From Dendrobates tinctorius (Eukaryota): a stretch of 64,000 nucleotides of DNA. The translations under genes and the position numbers were made by a program. Shown in pieces: positions 24,793 to 37,362 of the stretch (its first letter is position 1; each line of letters opens with the position of its first letter). The stretch is from NCBI RefSeq assembly GCF_039654945.1, contig NW_027362008.1:4216001-4280000 (forward strand), read 5' to 3'. The notes under the pieces are model-generated. The model saw only the letters and a program-made list of their open reading frames with translations. It searched no databases and had not been told where the DNA came from.

Positions 24793-27630
24793 TAAGTTTG
24801 AAAATCCACCAGGCTTCCCTATTTTTTAATGTAACCTCCGTATCACCCCCTCTGATGGGTGTGTGTATTTTTTCAATTGCATACACCACAAGTGATTTCA
24901 GGTCAGTACTGCAGGAATTAAGCTCTGTCATAGATAGACCATTATTTTTAATCTTTAAAGATTCCATAATAACAGGGTCTGTACCACAGGACTGGCGTAT
25001 AGCAAATGTGGGGCCAATATTCAAAAAGGGGACAAAAACTGAACTTGGAAATTATAGGCCAGTAAGTTTAACCTCAACTGTGGGTAAAATCCTGGAGGGT
25101 TTTCTAAAAGATACTATACTGGAGTATCTGGAGAAGAATAACCTCATGACCCAATATCAACATGGGTTTACAAGGGACCGTTCCTGTCAGACTAATCTGA
25201 TAAGCTTTTATGAAGAGGTAAGTTCCGGACTGGACCAAGGGAATGCAGTGGATGTGGTGTACATGGACTTTTCAAAAGCTTTTGATACGGTGCCACACAA
25301 AAGGTTGATACATAAAATGAGAACAATGGGGATAGGGGAAAATATGTGTAGGTGGGTTAAGAGCTGGCTCAGGGATAGGAAACAAAGGGTGGTTATTAAT
25401 GGAGCACACTCAGACTGGGTCACGGTTAGCAGTGGGGTACCACAGGGGTCAGTTTTGGGCCCGCATCTTTTTAACATATTTATTAATGACCTTGTAGGGG
25501 GCATAGAGAGTAGAATTTCAATATTTGCAGATGACACTAAACTCTGCAGGGTAATCAATACAGAGGAGGACAATTTTATATTACAGACGGATTTATGTAA
25601 ACTAGAAGCTTGGGCTGATAAATGGCAAATGAGCTTTAATGGGGATAAATGTAAGGTCATGCACTTGGGTAGAACGAACAAGATGTATAATTATGTGCTT
25701 AATTGTAAAACACTGGGCAAAACAGTCACTGAAAAAGACCTGGGTGTATGGGTGGACGACAAACTCACATTTAGCGGCCAGTGTCAGGCAGCTGCTGCAA
25801 AGGCAAATAAAATAGTGGGATGCATTAAAAGAGGCATAGATGCTCATGAGGAGAACATAATTTTACCTCTATATAAGTCACTAGTGCGACCACACTTAGA
25901 ATACTGTGTACAGTTCTGGTCTCCGGTGTATAAGAAAGACATAGCTGAACTGGAGCGGGTGCAGAGAAGAGCGACCAAGGTTATTAGGGAACTAGGGGGT
26001 CTGCAATACCAAGACAGGTTATTACATTTGGGGTTATTTAGTTTGGAGAATCGAAGGCTTAGGGGTGATCTTATTACAATGTATAAATATATGCGGGGAC
26101 AATACCAAGAGCTTTCTAATGATCTTTTTACTCTTAGACCTGTGATGGGGACAAGGGGGCATCCTCTACGTCTGGAGGAAAGAAGGTTTAAGCATACTCA
26201 CAGACGCGGATTCTTTACTGTAAGAGCAGTGAGACTATGGAACTCTCTGCCATATGATGTTGTAATGAGTGATTCCCTACTAAAATGTAAGAATGGACTG
26301 GATGCCTTTCTTGAAAAGTATAATATTACAGGGTATATACACTAGTTTCCTTAATATTGCGTTGATCCAGGGAGCAAGTCTGATTGCCGTATGTGGAGTC
26401 AGGAAGGAATTTTTTTCCCCAATGTGAAGCTTACTTGTTGCCACATGGGTTTTTTTTGCCTTCCTCTGGATCAACATGTTAGGGCAAGTTAGGATAGGAT
26501 ATGGGTTGAACTAGATGGACTTAAAGTCTCCCTTCAACCTTAATAACTATGTTACTATGTTACTATGTTACAAGTGATTTCAGGTCAACTTTATGACATT
26601 CAATAAAATGTTTTGACACCTGAGATGTGTTCCTCTCCATGTTAATATTCTCTTTGTCATAGATGTGTTCCCTAATTTTATTCTTCAGCTTGCGTTTTGT
26701 GCTTCCAACATGTTTTAGATGGCAGAAGGTGCACTCCATAATATATACCAAGGTTTTAGTGCTGCAATTGATAAAGGCTTTAATAGCAAAATTCTTGATT
26801 TCTCTAGAATCTCTAAAGCTAGAGCTCTCTTTAGTGTATTTACAGGACTTAGCGCCACACTTATAAAAACCCTTGGTTTTCAGCCAATCTGTGAATTGAA
26901 TTTGAGACATATTCAAAAAACTTGGTGAAAGGCTCTGACCTAAGATGGTGCTCTTCTAGAGACGATTCTAAATCCTTTCCCTATAATACTATCTATATCT
27001 AGATCCTCTTTTAATATAGATAAATTATTTTGAATAATTCTTTTAACAGAGGCAAATTGGTTACTATTCTGCAAGACCAATGTTACAGGAGTGACTGAAT
27101 ATTCATGTGTGTTACACTTAGCTTTGATTCGCGGTTTTTCAGCCACAATGTTTTCAGCTTTGCTTAAACTCCATTGGGTATAACCCCTTTGGGTCAATCG
27201 CTGCTTAATGTTAGAAACCTCTTGTTTATAATCTGTATTTGTGCTACAATTGCATTTAGCTGTCGTCATCTCCCCAACAGGTATACTTTTAATTGTATGT
27301 TTAGAATGATGGCTTTTTCCATGGAGTATAGCATTGCCTGCTGTGTTCTTTCTAAATTTTTGTGTTACTACAGGTTTACCTGAAATTCCTTGTAAAATCA
27401 AATAAAAAAAATCAATGCATGAAATTTTATGCCGAACCACAAATTTTAAATTCAAGGGATTGCAATTAATATAAAAATTAAAATCCCGTACGGCAGATAC
27501 ATCAGAATTCCAGATGATAATGATATCATCTACGTATCTGCCATACCAATAGACACAATCTTTAAATGGATTATTTACAGTATAAATATACAGCTCTTCC
27601 CACCAGCTCATTACCAAGTGAAATTAGCAA
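24793..27630 (-). mobile_element. Penelope-like remnant, U2 (interrupted by CR1-B)
   Basis: Same motifs (YVDD). It has Arg where the other copies have the stop, but is frameshifted near 26940. Confidence 0.88.
24906..26569 (+). mobile_element. CR1 LINE family B (a distinct family), 5'-truncated, inserted into the Penelope GIY-YIG region
   Basis: RT ORF open to 26345 and clearly divergent from family A. (ACTATGTT)n tail. 18-bp TSD ACAAGTGATTTCAGGTCA at 24888-24905 and 26570-26587. Confidence 0.97.
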
Positions 27631-29343
27631 GTGAAGTTGTCAAGCGATCCACTATATGACCAAGATGAAAATCTTTCTTTGCAATTGCGGCTTGTTCCCT
27701 GCCAACTTACGTGTATCGTTATATTTTACTTTTGGTTATGTGTGGTTTCCATGCGTTATTCATCCTGTTTTGAATGTAAATGTTTTTTCTTTGTCATCTA
27801 GGAAAATTTAACACCATCCACTATATGATTAAGATATAAAGTATTTTTCACAATTGCGGCTTGTTCCTCGCAAGTTTATGTGGATTGTTATGCTGGAGAA
27901 TATTGCTATGTGTGTTTTTTTTATGCGATATCGATCCAGTTCTGAATGAAATTGTTTTCATTTTTGCTTTCACCTAGGTACTTTTACCCTCCTCCGCTAA
28001 AATTGTGCTTTTAGATCTGTGTCTCTTACTATTACTCTATGACACTCAGTGCATGATAGAGAGAAATGTTTTTTTCTTCTTTCTATGATTGTTATCGAGA
28101 ATAATATAATAGAAAAATGTTTTTGTTAGGCTGTGTGCCCACGTTGCGCTTTTTGGAGTTTCCGTGGCAATTTTAAACACGTGATTCAGCCGCGGAAACG
28201 ATTAAGAAAAGCATTCCATATTATCATAATTGATTCCGCACATGTTGTGCTAATGGTGCATATTTTACCGCTGTGGAACTGCTTAGCAGTAAAAAAACAC
28301 AGCATGTTCATTAATTTTGTGGAATCGCGTGCGATTATGCATACATACACTTGTATTGCAAAAATGCATAGGAAATCGCATGTTAAAATGTATGACAAAT
28401 GCATCAAAATCGCTAAAAACCTCAAAACCGCATGCGTTTTTCCAGCAAAAAAGGATGTGCATTTCTGCTTAGGAATATTCTACTTCAAAACTGCAATGTG
28501 GGCACACAGCCTAAAAGCGGCTTTTCTTTCCTCTAGTCTGAGTGGATGGCTGTAATTTTTCATTCTATGGTTATGTGTGTTTTTCCATGCGTTATTCATC
28601 CTGTTTTAAATGTAAATGTTTTTTCTTTGTCATCTAGGAAAACTTAACACCATCCACTATATGATTAAGATATAAAGTATGTTTCGCAATTGCGGTTTGT
28701 TCCTCGCTAGTTTATGTTGATTGTTATGCTGGACCATATTGCTATGTGCGTTTTTTTATGCGATATCGATCCGGTTTTGAATGAAATTGTTTTCATTTTT
28801 GCTTTCATCTAGGTACTTTTACCCTCCATCGCGTCAAAATCGCTAAAATTGCCAAAACCGCATGCGTTTTTCCAGCAAAGGGTGTGCGTTTCTGCTCAGG
28901 AATATTCTACTTCAAAACTGTAATGTGGGCACATAGCCTAAAAGCGGCTTTTCTTTCCTCTAGTCTGAGTGGATGGCTGTAATTTTTCATTCTGACTATT
29001 GATGTATCATATGATTTTCACTCTGTTCCAGAGGGAAATTGTGTTTTCCGCTTTGGTTGGTTTGTAAAAACTCAACATCAATTTTTACAATTATGGTTCT
29101 TTCATTTGCTCCCTTATATAAATGTATATTTCTGTACTTCTGTACTGTGGCTGCTAAGAAGAATTTACAATATACTGCGTTTGTTCTGCGCAATTGAAAT
29201 ATATTCTCGCCTTTATGCCATGTGGAATCCACATTCTTGATTTTAACCATGTATGTCTTCACGTGTAATTCATTTGCGTTAATTAGATATGTTAATTGTC
29301 TTTCACTAGTGTTCAGCATATTAGTGCTTTCTTGAACAATGCC

Positions 29344-29391
29344 TGTTATCATGACTAAGGGTGCTGGGACACCTGAAACGCGTTCATAACA
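29344..29391 (+). ncRNA. Hammerhead motif, U2 (first stem I pair broken by G>C)
   Basis: Same sequence except cgtt-Cataaca. Confidence 0.6.
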
Positions 29392-30465
29392 CAATCTTCT
29401 GGATCATCTCTTTTTTGATACATTAGCCATACCTTTCTTTTTTGGGCAATATAGATGTAAAAGGGTTTTTTAAGTGTCAGTTATATTTGCCAATTGTAAC
29501 ACTTTTTAAGTGTAACTTATTAGCATGATTTTATAAGCACTTTGTTGCAAGAGAAATAAAGAAAACAGTAATGTTAACATTTATTTGTAGTTTAAAGTTT
29601 GTGTTATCTGATGTGCTGAAAAAATAGCGCAGTAACTGCTTTCAGTAGGTCAGTACTAATATGGTGCTGGTAAATTTGTATAATCTTAATTGTTTTTTAT
29701 GTTTTGTACAATATATACTTAAAAAAACCCCATTTTTATACTGTTTTACAATTTTCTGTTACTGGCGTGGTATGAAGATTTATTTTTGCCTGAAAATCTG
29801 TAGCTTTTGTTGTTAACAGTTTGTTGTACATGCAACTTTTCGATCACTTTTACATTATTTAGGAGGCAAAATGAAAGAAAAACACATAAATTCTGAATTT
29901 GTTTTAATATTTTTTTAAACCCCAGTCAATGTTGGGTATAGATGTCATGTTACCTTTATTCGGTGGATGATATCATGACCATATTCTGATAACCTTCACT
30001 TATTTATTTTTCGGTTTATTGTAGGTGACGCTGATTGAGGCTTTGTTTTTGGTTATATATGCCTTTCTAGTTATTATTTATCTCATTGTTTTGTTGGGAA
30101 GCAGAAACAAACAGCTATGAATTGGAAATAGTTGTTATTTTTATGGAGTTCGTCCAGCAGTATAATTGACATGATCACTTTATTCTGTGTGCTGATATGA
30201 TTATGTTCACATCTAAGAAAATCACAATACATTTTTTATAGCTGTCATATTGTGAGTAGTGTTGAGCATTCCGATACCGCAAGTATCGGGTATCGGCCGA
30301 TACTTGCTGTATCGGAATTCCGATACCGACTTCCGATATTTTTTCAATATCGGAATTCGGCATCGGAATCGGAAGTTCAAAGTTGATTGACGGCCTGACG
30401 TCATCATGATGCGCGGTGTGTGCGCATCATGATGCGCCGTTATTTCGGGCCTTCCGGGGGTCTCT

Positions 30466-30732
30466 GCCGGCCTGCCGGGGGGCTGTGTGGACTGCCCGGG
30501 GTCGGTACCGGCCTGCCGGGGGGCTGTGCCGGCCTGCCGGTGGTCTGTGCACCCTGTGGGGCTCTGTACCGGCCTGCCGGGGGGCTGTGCCGGCCTGCCG
30601 GTGGTCTGTGCACCCTGTGGGGGTCTGTACCGGCCTGCCAGGGGGCTGTGCCGGCCTGCCGGTGGTCTGTGCACCCTGTGGGGGTCTGTGCCGGCCTGCC
30701 GGGGGGCTGTGCTGATGTCCGGGGGTCTGTGC
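30466..30732 (+). repeat. GC-rich minisatellite (ccggcctgccggggggctgtg variants); inverted copy at 33060-33297
   Basis: Direct reading. Confidence 0.9.
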
Positions 30733-30873
30733 AAGCATCGTCCGATGGGACTACAAGTCCCATCTGGCGATGCCTGCTACCATGACAGTGATTGACACAT
30801 TAGCCAATGATGGGACAGTAGTAGTCCCATCATCCGGCTAATGTGTTAAATGTTAAAAAAAAAAAAAAAAAAA

Positions 30874-31780
30874 TACTACATACATACTACATACATACTA
30901 CATGCTACATACATACTACATATATACTACATGCATGCTACATACATACTACATGCTACATACATACTACATATATACTACATGCATGCTACATACATAC
31001 TACATGCTACATACATACTACATACATGCTACATACATGCTACATACATACTGCATGCTACATACATACTACATACATACTACATACATACTACATGCAT
31101 GCTACATACATACTACATACATACATACTACATGCATGCTACATACATACTACATGCATGCTACATGCATGCTACATACATACTACATGCTACATACATA
31201 CCACATACATACTACATACATGCTACATACATACTACATACATACTACATACATACTACATGCATGCTACATACATACTACATACATACTACATGCATGC
31301 TACATACATACTACATGCATGCTACATGCATGCTACATACATACTACATGCTACATACATACCACATACATACCACATACATACTACATACATGCTACAT
31401 GCTACATACATACTACATACATACTACATATATACTACATGCATGCTACATACATACTACGTACATACTACATGCATGCTACATACATACTACATGCATG
31501 CTACATACATACTACATGCATGCTACATGCATGCTACATACATACTACATGCTACATACATACCACATACATACTACATACATGCTACATGCTACATACA
31601 TACAACATATATACTACATGCATGCTACATACATACTACATGCTACATACATACCACATACATACTACATACATACTACATACATACTACATACATACTA
31701 CATGCTACATACATACCACATATATACTACATACATACAATACATCCATACAATACATACATAGACATACAGTACATATA
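30874..31780 (+). repeat. (TACA/TAC/TGCA) compound microsatellite, left arm; inverted copy at 32369-32921
   Basis: Direct reading. It is the source of the H/T/Y/C-rich spurious ORFs. Confidence 0.92.
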
Positions 31781-34700
31781 ACATAGAGTAACATACTTAC
31801 CAATACTTGTCACATTATTCCCCGAAGCCATTGTCTTTTCCGGAATAAATATTAACATAACAAACCACAAAAATACTCACCCACGATCCGAAGCAGTCCA
31901 CGAGTGTGTCCCACGACGATCTTGGGTAGAGAACTGCAGCATCAGATGATGCTGCCGTTCTCTACGGGCTGCAGGATTCCAATGACGGAAGGTAGGTATC
32001 CTTCCGCACTGTATTCCTCCGCCACTTAAAAAAACAAAAAGTCCCTAGTCTCACTTTATGCCATTGCTGCGTGGGAATTTCCCACACAGCAATGGCATAA
32101 AGTGAGACTAGGGACTTTTTTTTTTTAAGTGGCGGAGGAATACAGTGCGGAAGGATACCTACCTTCCGTCATTGGATTCCTGCAGCCCGTAGAGAACGGC
32201 AGCAACAGCTGATGCTGCAGTTCTCTACCCAAGATCGTCGTGGGACACACTCGTGGACTGCTTCGGATCGTGGGTGAGTATTTTTGTGGTTTGTTATGTT
32301 AATATTTATTCCGGAAAAGACAATGGCTTCGGGGAACAATGTGACAAGTATTGGTAAGTATGATACTCTATGTTATATGTACTGTATGTCTATGTATGTA
32401 TTGTATGAATGTATTGTATGTATGTAGTATATATGTGGTATGTATGTAGCATGTAGTATGTATGTAGTATGCATGTAGCATGCAGTATGTATGTAGCATG
32501 CATGTAGTATGTATGTAGCATGTAGCATGTATGTAGTATGTATGTGGTATGTATGTAGCATGTAGTATGTATGTAGCATGCATGTAGTATATATGTAGTA
32601 TGTATGTAGCATGTAGTATGTATGTGGTATGTATGTAGCATGTAGTATGTATGTAGCATGCATGTAGTATGTATGTAGTATGTATGTAGCATGCATGTAG
32701 TATGTATGTAGTATGTATGTAGTATGTATGTGGTATGTATGTAGCATGTATGTAGCATGCATGTAGCATGCATGTAGTATGTATGTAGTATGTATGTAGT
32801 ATGTATGTAGCATGCAGTATGTATGTAGCATGCATGTAGCATGCATGTAGTATGTATGTAGCATGTAGTATGTATGTAGCATGTAGTATGTATGTAGCAT
32901 GCATGTAGTATGTATGTAGTATTTTTTTTTTTTTTTTTAACATTTAACACATTAGCCGGATGATGGGACTACTACTGTCCCATCATTGGCTAATGTGTCA
33001 ATCACTGTCATGGTAGCAGGCATCGCCCGATGGGACTTGTAGTCCCATTGGACGATGCCTGCACAGACCCCCGGAGCCTGCACAGACCACCGGCAGGCCG
33101 GCACAGCCCCCCGGCAGGCCGGCACAGCCCCCCGGAGCCTGCACAGACCACCGGCAGGCCGGCACAGCCCCCCGGCAGGCCGGCACAGCCCACCGGAGCC
33201 TGCACAGACCACCGGCAGGCCGGCACAGCCCCCCGGCAGGCCGGCACAGACCACCGGAGCCTGCACAGACCCCCTGGCAGGCCGGCACAGCCCCCCGAAA
33301 GGCCCGTACAGACCCCAGAAAGGCTGTACAAAGCAAAAACAGGGTTTTTCTTATTCCGATACCGGAAGTCCCATAGACTTGAATGGGACTTCCGGTATCG
33401 GAATCGGCGATACCGATACTTTTTTTAAAGATCGGCCGATCCATTCCGATCCGATACTTTGACGTATCGGACGGTATCGCTCAACTCTAATTGTGAGTCA
33501 ATGCTTTGTATTTTTCTGACTGCAGATCTGTATGAGGACATGTTTTTTGGGTAACAAACTAGTTATTTTGGCATAGCATCGGGATACATGATTTTTTTAA
33601 TTCAGATTTTTAGTGAGGTAAGATGAACAAGAATAGCAAGTTTAGCAGTTTCTCACTTTTCCCTTCATACGGCATTCATCGAGCACAATAAATGATAAGA
33701 TTCTTTTATAACATGGGTCAGATCAACAAAATTCAAAATCGCTTAACTGTTTGGATTTTCCCTATTAATTTGATTTTCAGAGAAGTTATTCTCCATGAAT
33801 TGAGTATCGCTGATTATGTTCTGGGATCTCTCCATGCTGATATTTTATCGTCTTTTCAAATCTGAGTGAACAAAGAATTTGTTTTTTCACTTCATCGTTA
33901 AGCTAGGTCATCTCTTTTTTGGATTTTTTTACGCCAAGACATGGCAGTTCCGTACTCAGAGCTTCATGATCTCTTAAAGCGGTGAGCTGGATTGTTTTAT
34001 ATGGCTAATGTAATGCAACAAGTATAAAAATGTTCTATAGTGAAGGTCAAAACTGGCTCCAGTACGTAAAAATAAAAATGAAATAATGTAAAAACATTTT
34101 TCACTATCTCATAAAGCTAAATTTATAAATCTTTCCAAAAATAAAATGAGATTGGAGTACAAAATCAGCTCATCAAGTAAGGAAATTCTCCCAATACACT
34201 AAAAATAAATTTGCCGAAGCTGGTACATGACCTGGACCCATAGCGGGGCCATTTATTTGGTGGAAGAGATGAAATTAATATAAAAACATTTGAGACAACT
34301 AAAATTCCAATAATATTTTAAAACAAACCTGTTTTGTGATGAAAAAACATATCTGCTCATCTCTAGTCAGTACATGGGTGGTAAAGGGTAGCAGTGATAC
34401 AAATGAAATATATTTATATGCATTTACATTGTTATATGATATGAATACAGTTATATTAGATCGCTTGTGACTACAGGTAAATGTTCTTTACCCAATTTAA
34501 TAAAAAAATCTACTTAGGTCCAAATCTTCATTTCATTTGACCAAATAGTGAGAAAAGAATGGGTTACCAGCTATGAAGATGCTATGCTGCTGTGAAGGTA
34601 ACATGGCAAATTCATTTCCAGGAGATGTAAAAACAGTAAATTACTGAAGATCATAATGAAAAAAACATCAATAAGCTATAAAAAGCTAACACATGTATTA

Positions 34701-35252
34701 TATTTTTCAATATGTTGTACACTTGGATGGGATGGCCATGGGGGTGGCATTCATGCCAAATAAGGATCAACCTAATATCTCAGTGCAATTTTGTACATCT
34801 TTAATATTGTATAAAATATAGAAAGCCACTGCTCCTTGATGTCTAATAGCATGTAAATGAAGACTGTTATAGCCCCCATTTACATGAACTACATATGTTT
34901 ATACAAGATGTTTGAAGCATGGAACACCTTACTATATTAATAAATAATACAGTTGAGCACTTTGTACCAAACACTGCACTCAGCAGCTGTTAATCAGGTA
35001 ATCATAACAGATTCAATACCACGATCATTGCATAATTTCGAAATTTTGTCTCTTGACTTCATGAAACTCTCATGAAACAATACATTGAATTACATTTCTC
35101 TCTTTAGTTTATCTAATTATCAGCACAATGGTGGATAGTATCACAGGGCACCACAGGAAATTTCCATCCCTTTGTGTTGTCCCAGCCCAGCATTCTCCCT
35201 CCAGAAACTTATAAAAGTCAGTTCATATGTAAATGAAGACAGTAAGCCTTGG

Positions 35253-35304
35253 CCAATGACAATATCCCACTAATTAACAACCCCCTGCTCTTCCCACATA
35301 TAAA
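35253..35304 (+). promoter_or_regulatory. Putative core promoter of copy 2 (CCAAT, TATAAA)
   Basis: Homologous to copy 1; exon 1 donor follows 35471. Confidence 0.65.
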
Positions 35305-35692
35305 CTGTTTCCTCCTCTCAGTGACATCTACTTCACTCCAGGTATTATTTGTGGTCAGAACTGGCCTCTGAGGAGCATCAAGCTGTAGACTTGTTGGTGT
35401 ACAGGAGGAGTTCAGCATTGACTATCATCTCTTTCAGTAGCAGTAGACCTCTTCAATCTCCATCTACAAAGGTGAATATGTGATGAGTATAGCACAGCAT
35501 ATAGCAGATGGTATTACTGCAGATCCCTGGGGAATTATGCAATGCTGGAACATTATTACAGTGACTGCACACTATTATACAATTGTGCATTTGTAGTCGC
35601 AGTTTACACGAGGTGATTACAGTATGTTATTATGGGTCTCAAAGATGTTTCATGCTTTATTCAATACCATATCTCATTTCATTTTATTCAGA

Positions 35693-37362
35693 ATGGCAAC
35701 CAACATCAAGGAAGCAAGCAAGAACACGGCAAAACACCTTCTTCATCTGATATCAGAAACATCCAAGAACCTGAAGATGATGGAAGTGACTGACCACTTT
35801 GAACTTTTGCTAGAACTTGGGACTGGATCTTTTGGAAATGTACACATGGGAAAACACAAACATTCAGGTGAGATGATGATGATGGATGATGACTATGAAG
35901 ATGACTGAGCCATCAGGGTGGTTTTAGATGAATGTGAAAGATGAAAGTGAAATCTGCTTGTACCCTGACAAACTGTACTTGTTAACAATCATTAAGTATA
36001 ACCCTAGTTGTATCCTATCTAAAACGCGTCATTAGTATTCTGCACCACTACCCTCTAGTCTTATGAATGCTCCTGTGTAAAGTGATTGATCAGGTTTTTG
36101 TATGGTTGCGAAAGTGTTATGGAATATGATGATGATGACTACGAGGATGATGATGAATATTAACAATTATAATGTTTATTCAACAGGACAGACTGTGGCA
36201 ATTAAAATGATGGCAAAGAAGAAGACTCCAGAAGACAACTTCTTTCTGGAATATTGCATTTCGCAAACCCTCAGCATCCATCGGAACATCATATTTACTC
36301 ACGACATCTTCTTCCATACCAGTAGGGATTTTGTGTTTGTTCAGGAAGTGGCACCGGCCGGAAATCTCCAGTCCATCCTTGTACCTAAAGTAAGATCTTA
36401 AGCTGTTCTCCACTTTTACATATTCTAAGCATTATTCATACTGCTAAAGAAAATAAAATAGTGGTCTTTATTGTAGATCTGACATCTAACATTACCCTAT
36501 TTCCCCAGATTTAATAAACTCATATTTCTGTATGTAGCAGTATGGGAACCCATAATTAGGCAGGTTTAGGTTGTATGAGTATGTGTGAGCTGGTAACATC
36601 CTCTGTGTGACTGATATTTAATTTTTAGTGGAAATCTCACATTATAGAGGATCTATCTGATTAAGAGCAGAGTAGAACTGATGTCTGCAGGAATTATATC
36701 TAATAGTAGAAGATATCTATAAGTCTTCTGTTCTTTTATATCAGATATGTTTTCCTTTCTGCTGTTCAGCTGTGTAATCTTCTGTGTTGTCTTTTTCTTA
36801 GGTCGGCATGCAGGAGGACATGTTGAAGCGCTGTGTTCCTCAGATCGCCAGTGCTCTGGACTTTATGCATAACAGAGGAATGGTTCATCAGGATATCAAG
36901 CCGAATAATATTCTTTTGATGGATGCAGAATGTCACTGGATAAAGCTGGCAGACTTTGGACTCACCAGGCTCCAGGGCACATTTGTTCCTTTTGTGCCCT
37001 GGTATAAACCCTACACTGCTCCAGAGCTCTGCTGCCTTAGACCAGGAGAACAGTTGTTGCTACATCCTAGTCTTGATGTCTGGGCTTTTGGTGTAGTCAT
37101 TTACTATGCTCTTTCTGGACTCTATCCTTGGCATGGGGCAAAACGCGGTGATCAAGATTATAAAGAGTTTGCCTGGTGGCAGGTTGGAAGGGATCTGTCA
37201 AAAGCTCCAAAAAAGTGGAAGACAATTTCAGTGGAGGCCAGAGTAATGTTCTGGGAACTGCTTCAAATAAATGCCTGTAAGAGAGGCTCGGCCATTGACA
37301 TTCTAAAATTTATGCACTTGCCATGGAAAGCCAAGGAATCTTCAGAAACCGAAGCAACCTGA
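35693..37362 (+). CDS. SBK1-like Ser/Thr kinase copy 2 (~312 aa). Exons 35693-35867, 36187-36389, 36802-37362
   Basis: Open spliced frame (exons of 175, 203 and 561 nt; intron phases 1 and 0). VGMQEDMLKRCVPQIASALDFMH...KLADFG...PYTAPE resembles the SBK1 family. Catalytic loop reads HQDIKPNN. Confidence 0.88.

Larger units (their letters stand above)
30257..33489. mobile_element. Non-autonomous hAT-type foldback element (3,233 bp), private to U2
   Basis: 8-bp TSD ATTGTGAG at 30249-30256 and 33490-33497; termini TAGTGTTGAGC...GCTCAACTCTA. The body is a palindrome centred on 32078. The site is empty in the other units. Confidence 0.92.

Noticed and set aside
30843-32950. Long His/Thr/Tyr/Cys-rich ORFs (175-312 aa)
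   Set aside because: They are translations of a stop-free TACA/TGCA microsatellite that is open in all three frames and mirrored in both arms of a transposon.
30222-33462. Pro/Gly/Arg/Cys-rich ORFs
   Set aside because: They come from a GC minisatellite inside the foldback element, with overlapping ORFs on both strands.
35624-35908. Standalone 94-aa ORF with a hydrophobic N-terminus and acidic tail (EMMMMDDDYEDD)
   Set aside because: It is kinase exon 2 plus intronic read-through on both sides; canonical splice sites bound 35692-35867.
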